From Polyangiaceae bacterium (lineage in GTDB: Bacteria > Myxococcota_A > Polyangia > Polyangiales > Polyangiaceae): a stretch of 64,000 nt of DNA. The translations under genes were made by a program, and so were the position numbers. The stretch spans positions 352,001 through 416,000 of the forward strand of contig JBILLK010000004.1 in assembly GCA_044376115.1 (NCBI GenBank). Direction: 5' to 3'. The notes below the pieces were generated by a model, which saw nothing but the letters and a program-made list of their open reading frames with translations, was not told where the DNA came from and did not search any database. Shown here one piece after another: positions 49,751-59,758 of this stretch (the stretch's first letter is position 1; every line of letters starts with the position of its first letter).

Positions 49751-51546
49751 AGTCCACGCCGCTTGAGGTTCTCGCAGGCGAGCTCATCGTTCAACTCGCA
49801 GGCCCGACGATAAAGCTCGACCGCGCGACTTTGGCTGGCTGCGCCGGGGTCTGCGGAGACGAGCACCGCCAGGTTGGTGCAGGCCTTCCCGTCCCCGCCG
49901 CTGCAGGCGCGCTCGTAGTACAAGGTCGCTTTTTTGAGGTCCTTCGGCAGCTCGGTGCCGCTTTGGTGAAGCAAGCCGAGCGCGTAACAAAAGCTGAACT
50001 CCTTCGCCTCGCAGGCCTGCTCGTAGAGCTTGACGGCGCGCGGTAAGTCTTTGGCGACGCCTCGTCCGAGACCGTACAAAACACCGAGATTCCCGCAGCC
50101 AACGGCCGAGCCTTTGTCACAAGCGTCGGTCAGCAGATCGCGCGCCCAGGTCACCTCCTCTGGCTTCGGCTCTGCGGCCAAAAGCACGAGCGCCTCTTGC
50201 ACACAGCCGAAGGTGCTGCCCAAGTCACAGCCTTGCTCATAGAACGAGAGCGCCTGCTCTCGGCTCCGCGCGACCCCGGTGCCTTTGAGATGATGGGCCC
50301 CCAAATCGACGCAGCTCGAAGCATGCCCGCGCGCGCAAGAATGCGCGAGGCAAGCGTTGCCGCGCGCGGCGGCGGCATCGAAGTCCGCGCCATCGAGCCC
50401 GGGCGCGTCGAGCTGAAGCCGACCGAACATCCAGCAGCCAAGCGGTTCGCCCTCGACACAAGCAGCGCGACTGAGGGCGTTGGCGCGGCTCACATCGGGC
50501 GGCGGCTCACTGATCAGCGAGCCGGCTAGATTGGCGCACGCAAGCGGCAGGCCGTCATCACAGAGTCGCTCCAAGCGGCGCTGCCCAGCGACGGCGTCAC
50601 GCGCGATCCCCGCGCCGTTGATTTGCCGCACCGCCAACTCGGTGCAGGCCTCATGATTACCAGCCGCGCACGCCGACTCAAACAGCGTCAGGGCCCGTGC
50701 GACATTGAGCTTGGTGCCTAGGCCGTTGGCCAACATCACCGCCAGGCTCTTGCAGCCGAGCGGCTCTTTGCCGTCACAAGCGCGCGTGTAGAGCGCCACC
50801 GAGGTCGGCGGCTCCAAGGCCACGCCGTCGCCGACTTCGTGCAAGTTACCCAGCAAAACGCAGCCCACGAGCGACTGCCGATCACAAGCCTGTTTGGCGA
50901 GCTCCGCGGCCCGTTTGAGCTGGGCTTCGTTCGCCTGCGGGGCATCCGCAAGCAAGCGCGCGAGCTTCACGCAAGCGGCGTCGCGCCCCGCCTTGCAAGC
51001 CTGCTGCAATGGAGCCTCCGCTGCCGCACGCGCCGCTGGGTCTTTTCCCCACGCAGCCTGCAGCTCGCCCAACGTCTCGCAGGCTTGCGCCTCCCCACTC
51101 GCACAACGCGGTCGCAGCAACGCGAGCCCAGCCTCCGCCGAGGCCGGGACGCCGCAGCCGAGCGTGAGCAAGCGCGCTTGGCTTTCACAGGCCTGGCCAG
51201 CGCCTGCTGCACAAGTCTCCTGCACCTTACGAAAGAACGTCTGCTGCTCCTCGGGTTCTCCGCCGGCGAGCGCCACACATTGCGCCGCCATCGCCCGTGA
51301 ACGCAGCACCACCGAGGGCGGCTTGGCGCCGTCATCAGCGAGGCAAAGCTCGAGCGCTGAAGGCGCGGGCGTCGAGCTTGGAGCCGCGCTACTGCTCGTC
51401 GCTGGGTGCCCCGAAGCCGCGCTGGGCGTCGAAGAACCAGGCCCCAACCCACTCGGCTCCGAAGACCTGGGCACCGCTCCCGAACTCGACCCCTCACAGG
51501 CCGCAACCAGCAGCAGCAGCAGCGTGCCTGCAACCCTCATCGACAT
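49747..51546 (-). CDS. Sel1-like (Hcp-type) repeat lipoprotein
   Basis: LVAAC lipobox; about 11 AC(x7)C..LG repeats. Confidence 0.85.
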   Translation of the reverse strand: MSMRVAGTLLLLLVAACEGSSSGAVPRSSEPSGLGPGSSTPSAASGHPATSSSAAPSSTPAPSALELCLADDGAKPPSVVLRSRAMAAQCVALAGGEPEEQQTFFRKVQETCAAGAGQACESQARLLTLGCGVPASAEAGLALLRPRCASGEAQACETLGELQAAWGKDPAARAAAEAPLQQACKAGRDAACVKLARLLADAPQANEAQLKRAAELAKQACDRQSLVGCVLLGNLHEVGDGVALEPPTSVALYTRACDGKEPLGCKSLAVMLANGLGTKLNVARALTLFESACAAGNHEACTELAVRQINGAGIARDAVAGQRRLERLCDDGLPLACANLAGSLISEPPPDVSRANALSRAACVEGEPLGCWMFGRLQLDAPGLDGADFDAAAARGNACLAHSCARGHASSCVDLGAHHLKGTGVARSREQALSFYEQGCDLGSTFGCVQEALVLLAAEPKPEEVTWARDLLTDACDKGSAVGCGNLGVLYGLGRGVAKDLPRAVKLYEQACEAKEFSFCYALGLLHQSGTELPKDLKKATLYYERACSGGDGKACTNLAVLVSADPGAASQSRAVELYRRACELNDELACENLKRRGL

Positions 51547-51677
51547 TCGCTCCCCTACCACCACGCTCCCTTCGCGAGAACGACCGGCACACGGCACTTC
51601 GGCGCCCGACCTGAACGGCCACCAAGGTGCCGGTCTTGAGCCCAAGGCAGGACCGCCTCGAAGGCTCGGTCGCCCGC

Positions 51678-52601
51678 CTAGCAGCCGGTTTCCGCAATTT
51701 GAGCCAAGTCCATCAGCCGCGTGAAGGTCGAACCTTGCGTGCGGAGTTCGCCGACCAGCGTCTCGAGTAGGCCCAGTCGCTTGGCGAGCGGCACCCGCAG
51801 CGCCGGCTCGAGCGCTCGTAAGCTCGATGAAGCGCCCTCCCCGGCCTCGATCAGATCGATTGCGTGAAACTCGAGCGAAAGAGCCTGCTGCGGGTCGCAC
51901 GCGGCGAGCAAACGCCGACCCAGCCGTTCGCTCTGCAAGAGCGAGGTGCCGATCACGGGCAGTCGCGCAAAGGGCGTGACGGCCATCGGGATCTCCACGA
52001 ACGGCCGCTGGCCGCGCGAACCGGGCGCAGGCCCCGGGCGATGCACCGTAGTCGGCCCCCAAAGCTGCGAGCCGGCGAAGGCCAAGCTCGCCGACCGCCG
52101 ACCGCGCAGCGCGTGAAGGCCCTGCACGCCGAGCTTCGCCAGCGCGTACGGTGGGCTCGGCAACAACGAAGCATCAAAGGCCGCGCCCGCCCGTTCGAGC
52201 GCGTCGAAGAGCGCAGCGGAGAGCGTGTAGCCCGGCGCACGAAAGCCCCGTGGCCGAACGCCGAAGCTGCGCTCGAGATCGTCGAAGCTGCCGGCCACCT
52301 CGTCATCGAGCTGGGCTGGCCCCAGGCGGCTGAGATCGTACGGGTGGCTGCGCGAGTGGCTCTCCAGGCTGTGACCGGCCAGCACGGCCCGCTCGAGCGC
52401 CTGCCGTACCTGCGGCTGAGCGAGGTCCTCGGTCACGACGAAGAAGGTGAGCGGCAGTTCGAGCCTTTGCGCGAGCTGTAGGGCCCGTTCGATCGCCACC
52501 GACAAAAAGGAAACAGCCCCCGCTGGGAGCTGTTTCAAACCGTGAATACGCCGGTAGTGGCGCTCTCCATCGAGGTCGAAGGAGAGCGCAACTCGTCGCA
52601 T
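51678..52601 (-). CDS. Polysaccharide deacetylase family protein
   Basis: LSFDLD, TFFVV, SHSRSH, GFRAPGY, FHAID. Confidence 0.88.
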   Translation of the reverse strand: MRRVALSFDLDGERHYRRIHGLKQLPAGAVSFLSVAIERALQLAQRLELPLTFFVVTEDLAQPQVRQALERAVLAGHSLESHSRSHPYDLSRLGPAQLDDEVAGSFDDLERSFGVRPRGFRAPGYTLSAALFDALERAGAAFDASLLPSPPYALAKLGVQGLHALRGRRSASLAFAGSQLWGPTTVHRPGPAPGSRGQRPFVEIPMAVTPFARLPVIGTSLLQSERLGRRLLAACDPQQALSLEFHAIDLIEAGEGASSSLRALEPALRVPLAKRLGLLETLVGELRTQGSTFTRLMDLAQIAETGC

Positions 52602-53539
52602 CAGGCCTCAGAAGCCATCTTCGCTACTTCTTCAGCGAAGTTGTCTTCCTTCTTGGCGATGCCCTCACCGCGTTCGTAGCGGACGAACTTGACGAGGTGA
52701 ATCGGCGCGCCAGCAGCCTTCGAAGTCTCCTCACGGAGCGCCTCGATCGTCTTGCCGGGGACCACGACGCTCTCCTGCTCGAGCAGGGCGATCTCGGAGT
52801 ACCACTTCACCAGCTTGCCCTCGATGATCTTGGGCCAGGAGGCCTCCGGCTTGGGCTTGGGGTCTTCACGCAGCTGCCCCTCGAAGATCTCCTTCTGCTT
52901 GGCGATCTGGTCTGCAGCGACGTCACTTCGCTGCAAAACGAGTGGGGTCATGGCAGCGATCTGCATCGCCGTGTCTTCAGCGAACTTCGCCACGTCGGCG
53001 TGCGCCGCAGCCGTGGCCGACTCGGTCTCGAGGGCCAAGATGACGCCGATCTTGCCACCGAGGTGGACGTAGCTCGCCGTGAGGCCGTGCTTGCCAGCGG
53101 AGACCGCCACGCGATCCCAGCGGCGAACATCGATCTTCTCGCCGATCTTGCCGGTGAGCTCAGCGGCGACCTCGACGACCGTCTTGCCGGCCAAAGGCGC
53201 CTTGTTCAGGTCGCTGCCGGCCTCGGCCTGGATCGCCACCGCCATCACGTCGGCGAGGAAGGTCTGGAAGCCCTCGCTGCGCGCAGCGAAGTCCGTCTGA
53301 ATGTTGACCTCGACCATCGTCGCAGCGAGCTTGTCACTGGACACGCCCGCACGAACTTCCCCTTCACTAGCCACGGCAGAAGCGCGCTTGGCGCTCTTGG
53401 CGAGACCCTTCTTGAGGATGATCTCGACGGCCTTCTCCATGTCGCCCGCGGCCTCGACGAGTGCATTCTTGCAATCGCTCATGCCCGCCTGGGTTCGCTC
53501 ACGAAGTTCTTTGATCGCCTGCGGTGTTACGCCACTCAT
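52601..53539 (-). CDS. tsf: Translation elongation factor Ts
   Basis: IKELRERTQAGMSDCKNAL, EVNIQTDF, YVH..GKIGV, MQIAAM, GEGI. Confidence 0.97.
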   Translation of the reverse strand: MSGVTPQAIKELRERTQAGMSDCKNALVEAAGDMEKAVEIILKKGLAKSAKRASAVASEGEVRAGVSSDKLAATMVEVNIQTDFAARSEGFQTFLADVMAVAIQAEAGSDLNKAPLAGKTVVEVAAELTGKIGEKIDVRRWDRVAVSAGKHGLTASYVHLGGKIGVILALETESATAAAHADVAKFAEDTAMQIAAMTPLVLQRSDVAADQIAKQKEIFEGQLREDPKPKPEASWPKIIEGKLVKWYSEIALLEQESVVVPGKTIEALREETSKAAGAPIHLVKFVRYERGEGIAKKEDNFAEEVAKMASEA

Positions 53540-53611
53540 GTCATGCTCCTGCGTCAGTGCTTATGGACCATCAACGTCGGCCCGATACAGGCGCCGACGC
53601 TGATGAGTCAT

Positions 53612-53643
53612 GAGAAGAAAATGTTTCCACCGTGCGGTGGAAC
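53612..53643 (-). terminator. Intrinsic terminator/attenuator between rpsB and tsf
   Basis: Minus strand TTCCACC-GCAC-GGTGGAA followed by ACATTTTCTTCT; a second imperfect hairpin lies at about 53569-53605. Confidence 0.55.
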
Positions 53644-53649
53644 TGGAAG

Positions 53650-54477
53650 CTAGTTGCGCTGACCTTGACCCTGGTGACGGCGCGACATCACGGGAACGTC
53701 GTTCTCCGCGCGGCGGCCTTCACCCTGGTCACGGCGACGCATGGTGCCTTCAACACAGGCGTCAGCGACGCGCGTGGTGATCAGGCGGATCGACCGGATG
53801 GCGTCGTCATTGCCGGGGATCACGAAGTCGACGAGGTCGGGGTCGCAGTTGGTGTCGGTGATGGCGACCACCGGGATGCTGAGGCGGCGAGCCTCGGCGA
53901 TGGCGATGCTCTCCTGGTGCGGATCGATGATGAAGATGACCGCGGGGATCGAGCTCATCGTCTTCAGACCGCCGAGGTACTTCTCAAGGCGCTCGCGCTC
54001 CTTCTCGAGCTTGGCAACTTCCTTCTTGAGCAGCTGCTCGTAGGTGCCATCTTCCTTCATGCGCTCGAGCGTGCGCAGACGATCCAAGCCGCCCTTGATG
54101 GTGCGGAAGTTGGTGAGCGTGCCGCCGAGCCAGCGGTTCGTCACAAAATACATGTTCGCGCGGCGAGCCTGCTCCTGAACGATCTCCTGAGCCTGGCGCT
54201 TGGTGCCGACGAAGAGCACGTTGCCACCGCGACCGACTGCGTCGACGATGAAGTCGAACGCCTTCTTGAACAGGCGCACCGTCTGATCGAGATCAACGAT
54301 GTGGATGCCGTTGCGAGCGCCGTAGATGTACTGGCGCATCTTCGGGTTCCAGCGCTTGGTCTGGTGACCGAAGTGAACGCCGGCGTCGAGCAGCGTACGG
54401 AGGGGAAGCGGGAACTCGCCCGAGGCCTGAACTGCGGAAAAATCTTCGCCGCCAGCGGCAGCAACTTGCTCAGTCAT
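53650..54477 (-). CDS. rpsB: 30S ribosomal protein S2
   Basis: [49 protein letters not shown]. Confidence 0.98.
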   Translation of the reverse strand: MTEQVAAAGGEDFSAVQASGEFPLPLRTLLDAGVHFGHQTKRWNPKMRQYIYGARNGIHIVDLDQTVRLFKKAFDFIVDAVGRGGNVLFVGTKRQAQEIVQEQARRANMYFVTNRWLGGTLTNFRTIKGGLDRLRTLERMKEDGTYEQLLKKEVAKLEKERERLEKYLGGLKTMSSIPAVIFIIDPHQESIAIAEARRLSIPVVAITDTNCDPDLVDFVIPGNDDAIRSIRLITTRVADACVEGTMRRRDQGEGRRAENDVPVMSRRHQGQGQRN

Positions 54478-54642
54478 GGTATTTCCTCATTTCGGTTGTT
54501 ACCTACGCTTCAAGAGCCCAATCGCACGAGGCGACACCGGCGGGCTCTCCGCTCCCCTTCAGCCTGAGGCCTCCGGGGAACTCGCACCGACCCGAAGGTC
54601 AGTGAAGCGAGTGGAGTTTCTTGCCACCCGAGGGTGGAAAGG
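54478..54642 (-). promoter_or_regulatory. Structured rpsB 5' leader (probable S2 autoregulatory element)
   Basis: About 165 nt; long-range CGCTTCA/TGAAGCG pairing, GACC-TTCG-GGTC tetraloop hairpin, GAGCCC/GGGCTC stem. Confidence 0.55.
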
Positions 54643-54648
54643 ACGCGC

Positions 54649-54676
54649 ACGATAGTCGGAAGCCGCACAGAGTCAA
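54649..54676 (-). promoter_or_regulatory. Sigma-70 promoter of rpsB-tsf
   Basis: TTGACT-N16-TATCGT followed by a GC-rich discriminator GCGCGTCC. Confidence 0.6.
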
Positions 54677-54717
54677 CCCTCAGCTAACCTGAACGCTGTG
54701 CTAGCATCTGTGCCTCT

Positions 54718-56802
54718 ATGGCGAGTCATCGAAGCTTAAAGCTCCTGGCCGTTCTCGTCGCCATCGGAGTCGGGGCCGGAAGTTCGTTTCTTGCCTCCTG
54801 CATCGCATCCGGGCCGCCGATCGATCCCATCACCGGGGATGAGGACGGCGGCTTCGAAGATGAGGACGCGGACACGCCCGATGGCTTCGTCGATGTGCCG
54901 GTCAGCGACCCGCACGCCGTGCTCGGCGCCACCCCAGCGCATGGGCCCTTCAACGGTGGCCAGCGTGTGATCGTCACCGGCAACGGCTTTGCGTCCAACG
55001 CCCAGCTCTGGTTCGGCTCGGTTCAAGCCACCGACGTGATCGTGATCGACGCGACCAAGCTGCAAGTCACCGCGCCTCCCGGGGAACGAGGGCCGGTCAC
55101 GCTGACCACGCAAAACGGCGACGATGAATCGACGAAGAGCAGCTTGGTGGGCGGTTACACCTACGACGCGCTCTACGCCGATCCGAGCACGGGCCCGGTG
55201 TCAGGCGGTACCGACGTGCGGATCGTCGGGCAAAACACCGAATGGGACGCGCAAACGGTGGCCACGATCGATCAGAAGCCGTGCGTAACGCTGACCCTCG
55301 TGTCGCCCTCCGAGCTCGTGTGCCGCGCCCCCAAAGGAACGCCCGGGGCCAAAGCCGTGCGCGTGGTCGACGGTGAAGACGCGATCACCGTGCTCGACGG
55401 CTACACCTACGAAGACTCGAGCGACGGTTTCAAAGGCGGGCTCTCCGGCGACGAGCTGAACGGCACCCTGCGTGTGCTCGCGTTCAACAACTTCACCGGG
55501 GACCCGCTGGTTGGCGCTTCGGTGATCGTCGGGTCGAACGTGCAGACGGCGCTGATCGCCAACGTCGACGAGAGCGGCGTTGCGTTGCTGCAAGACCCCA
55601 GCTTGAACAGCCCCAAGACGGTGACCGTAGCGTTCAAGTGCCACAGCCCGGTCACCTTCGTCGACGTACCAGTGGACACCGTCACGGTGTACCTGGACCC
55701 GGTGCTCACGCCTTCTTGCGCCGAGGGCTTCGGCACGCCGCCGGGCGTGGGCGGCGGCAGCGTGAACCAAGGCGTGGTGCAAGGCGAGCTGGTGTTCCCG
55801 GCGGTGAACGAGTTCGAGAAAGGGCCGTTCGCGGTGCCGCAGCCGGTGGGCAATGAGAAACGCGTGGCGTACGTCTTCCCAGCGGCGGGCAATCCACAAC
55901 AAAACTTCAGCCTGCCGCCTGCGTCCTCGGCCATCACCCCCGACGCTGGAGGCGCGCTCGGCTTTGAGTTTTCGCTCGCGTCGACGCCGGGCAACCGCAC
56001 CTTTTATGCGCTGGCCGGGCTCGAGGATCGCTCGGTGAGCCCGCCGCGCTTTCTCGCCTATTCGATGGGCCTCGTGCGCGGCGTGCCGGTCACCACCGAC
56101 GAGGTCACGAGCGAGGTTTATGTCGATATGCGGCCGCTGGATCTGGCGCTGACGCTGGACGCCTCGCCGCCACCGCCCGGCAACCCGGGGCCGGATCGCT
56201 TCTTCGCCAACGTCGCTTTGCGGCTTGGGCCGGACGGCTTCGCGATCTTCCCGCAAGGCCAAAAGGCGCCGCTTTTGCCGCTGAACAGCGACGTCAACTT
56301 CGTGGGCTTGCCGCTGCTGGCAGGCCCGTTCGAGGGCTCGACCTACGCCGTGTCGGCGCGCGCGGTGACCGGGCCGAGCTACGCCGCGCCGCTCAGCGTC
56401 GTGGCGAGCCAGCAAACCAACACCACCGCCTTCCCGATCGTGATCGACGGCTTCGTCGGCAAGCCCACCCTGCTGACGCCGATGCTGAATGAGTCGTGGA
56501 ACCGTACCGAGCTCGAGACCGAGTTCGGCCCCGGCGCGCCGGTGGATCTGACCGTCTACGACGTGGTCACCGGCAACGGGCTAATGCACTGGCTGGTGGC
56601 TGTCCCCGGCGGAGGTCGCGCGGTCGAGCTGCCCGACCTCTCCGGCATCGAAGACGCGAGCCTGCCCTCCGGCTCGATCCTGATCAACCTGATCGGCGCT
56701 CGTTTCGAGGACTTCGACTACAAGAAGCTCACGTACCGTCAGCTGCGCACGCAAGGGATGGACGCCTATGCGCAGGACTTCACCGAAGCTCACGCACCGT
56801 GA
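54718..56802 (+). CDS. IPT/TIG-domain surface lipoprotein
   Basis: FLASC lipobox; two P..GP..GG..V...G..(F)...YTY repeats. Confidence 0.8.
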   Translation: MASHRSLKLLAVLVAIGVGAGSSFLASCIASGPPIDPITGDEDGGFEDEDADTPDGFVDVPVSDPHAVLGATPAHGPFNGGQRVIVTGNGFASNAQLWFGSVQATDVIVIDATKLQVTAPPGERGPVTLTTQNGDDESTKSSLVGGYTYDALYADPSTGPVSGGTDVRIVGQNTEWDAQTVATIDQKPCVTLTLVSPSELVCRAPKGTPGAKAVRVVDGEDAITVLDGYTYEDSSDGFKGGLSGDELNGTLRVLAFNNFTGDPLVGASVIVGSNVQTALIANVDESGVALLQDPSLNSPKTVTVAFKCHSPVTFVDVPVDTVTVYLDPVLTPSCAEGFGTPPGVGGGSVNQGVVQGELVFPAVNEFEKGPFAVPQPVGNEKRVAYVFPAAGNPQQNFSLPPASSAITPDAGGALGFEFSLASTPGNRTFYALAGLEDRSVSPPRFLAYSMGLVRGVPVTTDEVTSEVYVDMRPLDLALTLDASPPPPGNPGPDRFFANVALRLGPDGFAIFPQGQKAPLLPLNSDVNFVGLPLLAGPFEGSTYAVSARAVTGPSYAAPLSVVASQQTNTTAFPIVIDGFVGKPTLLTPMLNESWNRTELETEFGPGAPVDLTVYDVVTGNGLMHWLVAVPGGGRAVELPDLSGIEDASLPSGSILINLIGARFEDFDYKKLTYRQLRTQGMDAYAQDFTEAHAP

Positions 56803-58790
56803 GCCTCAACCGCAAGCAGGCCCAGCTCGGACTGGGCGCGCTCATCATCGCGGCGCTCGTCGGCTCCTGTTTCGAGCGCGGGGATCGCTGGCTCGAGCCT
56901 GCACCGATCGAGCCGATCTGCGAGGCTGGCAAACAACGCTGCACGCCGCTCGGCGTCGAGCAATGTGAAGGCAGCGGAGCGCTCGCACGCTGGAACCTCA
57001 AGGCGGACTGCGCAGCCGACAACAAGGTCTGCGTCGACGGCCTATTCGAGTGCAAGCTGTGCATCCCGGAGGGGCGCTTCTGCGACGGGCTCGACGTCAG
57101 GCAATGCGATACCTCGGGCGACGCCAGCCAATACGTGACGAGCTGTGACCCGAGCATCGGAGACGCCTGTCGCGGCGGGACGTGCCAGAACTTGTGCGAC
57201 GTCGCCGCGCTCGAGAAGAGCAACGTCGGTTGCGAATATTGGGCGGTGGATCTCGATAACGCCAACATCGATGCGACGAGCAACGCCGCGGCCCAGCAGT
57301 TTGCCCTGGTGGTGTCGAACCCGCAGCCCGACGTCGCGGTGGTGGTCCGCATCGAACAAGACGATTCGTTGCCCGGCGAGCCCGGCGCTCCCTTCGAGAT
57401 CGCCAACGCGACCATCCCGCCGCTCAACCTGGCGGTGTTCAAGCTGGGCCCGCGCGAGGTGGATGGCAGCGCCGAAGGCAGCTTCGACAGCGGTACGCAT
57501 ACGGCGCTCACGCGCAACGCTTACCGCGTCCGCACCGACTTCCCGGTGGTCGCTTATCAGTTCAACCCGCTCGAGAACGTCAGCGTCTTTTCCAACGATG
57601 CGTCATTGCTTTACCCACGCGAGGCGCTCGATTTCGGCGTCGCCGCGGTGCAGCGCAGCTACATCGTGCTTGGCTGGCCGCAGACGATCGCCATCACCGA
57701 CGATCCGGAGACCAACTTCAACCCGGCGGATCCGATCAACCTGCGAGCGTTCCTGACCGTGGTCGGCACCACCGAGAACACCACCGTAAGAGTGACTCCG
57801 CGCACCACGGTGGTGCCGGGCAGCGGCATCGCGGAGACCCCGCCTGGCGGAACGATCGAAGCGACGCTGCAGCCCTTCGACGTGCTCAACCTCGAGACCG
57901 GGGACTTCAATGCGGACTTCACCGGCACCGAGATCTTGGCCGATCAGCCGGTGGTCGTGTTCGTCGGCAGTGAAGCCTCGGATGCGCCTCACTTCGAGAC
58001 CCTGGCCGACCGCCGCTGCTGCGCCGATCACTTGGAGGACCAGCTCGCGCCGGTGCGCACGGCTGGGAAGTTCTTTGCAGTGCCGCATACGCCCAATCGT
58101 GGAGACGCCGTGCGGGCAGCCGGTGCCAACGTCGAGCCGATCCCTGAAGCGGAATACGTGCGCTTCATCGCCACCACCAACGCGGGCGCCGTAGTCGAGA
58201 CCACCCTCCCCTCGCCCTTCGATCGGCTCGAGCTCGACGGCCTCGGTGCGTTCGCCGAGGTGGAGACGACGACCGACTTCTTGGCTACCAGCAGTGAACC
58301 CGTCCTCGTCGCGCAAATCATGGCCAGCCAACAAGCCGGCAGCGTCACCCGCTCGGGCTTTCCCGGCGGAGATCCGAGCTTGATGATGGTGCCGCCGTTC
58401 GAACAGGCCCGCAGCGACTACGTCTTTCTCACGCCGGACAAATACGCCTTCGACTTCGTCACGGTGGTTGCGCCGTTCGGCGCGACGGTCTTGCTCGACG
58501 GGCAGCAAATTGACGAGTCGCTGTGTGAAGTCGCAGCAGGCGACGGGCTGACCAATGAACAGCGCGGCGGCAAGAACCCGAGCCACGTCGTTTACCGCTG
58601 CCAGCTCAGCTTCCCGATCGTCAACGCGAACGTGGACCCACCGATGATCTCGGCTGGGCTTCAGGATGACGGCGTTCACCGCATCAACGCCAATGCGCCA
58701 GTGTTCATCGCGGTAACCGGCTGGGACGCCTTCGTCAGCTACGCCTACGCAGGCGGCACCGAGCTTCGCGCGATCGCGCCGCCGCAATGA
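56799..58790 (+). CDS. Lipoprotein with IgGFc-binding-protein N-terminal-like domain
   Basis: LVGSC lipobox, Cys-rich N-terminus; GCEYWAVDLDN, AYQFNPL..SNDASLL, ADHLEDQL, GDPS, SYAYAGG; GTGA overlap. Confidence 0.8.
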   Translation: MSLNRKQAQLGLGALIIAALVGSCFERGDRWLEPAPIEPICEAGKQRCTPLGVEQCEGSGALARWNLKADCAADNKVCVDGLFECKLCIPEGRFCDGLDVRQCDTSGDASQYVTSCDPSIGDACRGGTCQNLCDVAALEKSNVGCEYWAVDLDNANIDATSNAAAQQFALVVSNPQPDVAVVVRIEQDDSLPGEPGAPFEIANATIPPLNLAVFKLGPREVDGSAEGSFDSGTHTALTRNAYRVRTDFPVVAYQFNPLENVSVFSNDASLLYPREALDFGVAAVQRSYIVLGWPQTIAITDDPETNFNPADPINLRAFLTVVGTTENTTVRVTPRTTVVPGSGIAETPPGGTIEATLQPFDVLNLETGDFNADFTGTEILADQPVVVFVGSEASDAPHFETLADRRCCADHLEDQLAPVRTAGKFFAVPHTPNRGDAVRAAGANVEPIPEAEYVRFIATTNAGAVVETTLPSPFDRLELDGLGAFAEVETTTDFLATSSEPVLVAQIMASQQAGSVTRSGFPGGDPSLMMVPPFEQARSDYVFLTPDKYAFDFVTVVAPFGATVLLDGQQIDESLCEVAAGDGLTNEQRGGKNPSHVVYRCQLSFPIVNANVDPPMISAGLQDDGVHRINANAPVFIAVTGWDAFVSYAYAGGTELRAIAPPQ

Positions 58791-59752
58791 GGTCTTGGCG
58801 CGCCGTTGCGCTAGCGCTCGCGTTGCCGGCTTGCGCCAGCGAAACCGGGCCAAACGCCGAAGCCCCGACGCCACGCAAGGCTTTCGGCCAGGCCGGCGCG
58901 GGCGCGCAGGCTGCGCTCACAAACGAGCCGCGCGCCCACGACCCGCTCGCGCATGAAGCCCCAAGTTCGAGCTTATCCGCGCTGTCGAGCGCGCCAACGC
59001 CAACGCCTTCCGCGACCGCAAATACACCCGAGCCGGTTGCGCCCGAGCCGATCCCAGCGGCGCTCTTGCGCGTCCTCGCAGTGAACCCGTATGTGGAGGT
59101 GGACTGCGAAGGGCTGCCCCAAGCCGGCTTTCCCGAGGGCGTCACCAAGCGCTGCCGCTACACGGCGATGGGCGTTACGGCCGAGGTAGTCACGGCCAAC
59201 CCGGAGCCGGAAGTGGCTGCGCGGTGGTTCTTGGATGCTGCGCGCTCCTGCGCCCCGCTCGAGGCCTTTCGCACGAGCGATCCCTTGAACTGGCAACGCG
59301 GAGTGGTCGCTTTTGCGAAACACATGCGCCTGCAGTCGTCGCGCATCTTTCCGCTGAGCGGCGCGATCGTCGAGGACCTCGGGGATGGCCCCACGGCGTT
59401 CGAGTTTGATCGCGGGGTGGTCGCGCCGTGCGCGCAGGGCAAGTGCCGCTGCCGTATCAACTCGCTGTCGTCGGTCGCGCTGTGCCGCTTTCGTGAGGCG
59501 CAGGGGGCGTCGGGCGAAGCGTGTCGCAAGAGCTTCGAATCCGACGAAAGCTGGCGAGCACAGTGCCTGTTGAATCATCAGCAGGCCTTCCGTACGGGAG
59601 AAAATGAGCACCTGCGCGCGAGGGCCCATCTCGTCGGAGAGGCCGTGGCGAAGAAGTGCCGTTTGAAGGCCGAGCGCTCCAAAGGCAAAGGCTGCGTCCC
59701 CGGCGAGGTGGTGATGCTGATCGAAGCAGAGCTCGGGCTCGCCAAGCCGTAG
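58787..59752 (+). CDS. Hypothetical Cys-rich lipoprotein
   Basis: ALPAC lipobox; ATGA overlap. Confidence 0.65.
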   Translation: MRSWRAVALALALPACASETGPNAEAPTPRKAFGQAGAGAQAALTNEPRAHDPLAHEAPSSSLSALSSAPTPTPSATANTPEPVAPEPIPAALLRVLAVNPYVEVDCEGLPQAGFPEGVTKRCRYTAMGVTAEVVTANPEPEVAARWFLDAARSCAPLEAFRTSDPLNWQRGVVAFAKHMRLQSSRIFPLSGAIVEDLGDGPTAFEFDRGVVAPCAQGKCRCRINSLSSVALCRFREAQGASGEACRKSFESDESWRAQCLLNHQQAFRTGENEHLRARAHLVGEAVAKKCRLKAERSKGKGCVPGEVVMLIEAELGLAKP

Positions 59753-59758
59753 CGAGCT

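Noticed and set aside
51582..51635. Inverted repeat GACCGGCAC/GTGCCGGTC in an intergenic gap
   Set aside because: 9-bp GC-rich arms, single occurrence, no T-tract; could be chance
49747..52062. N-terminal extensions in the ORF track (also 3014-4552, 22971-24440, 42539-44125, 56496-58790)
   Set aside because: They overlap neighbouring genes or intergenic DNA; downstream starts with an RBS, lipobox or coupled junction fit better
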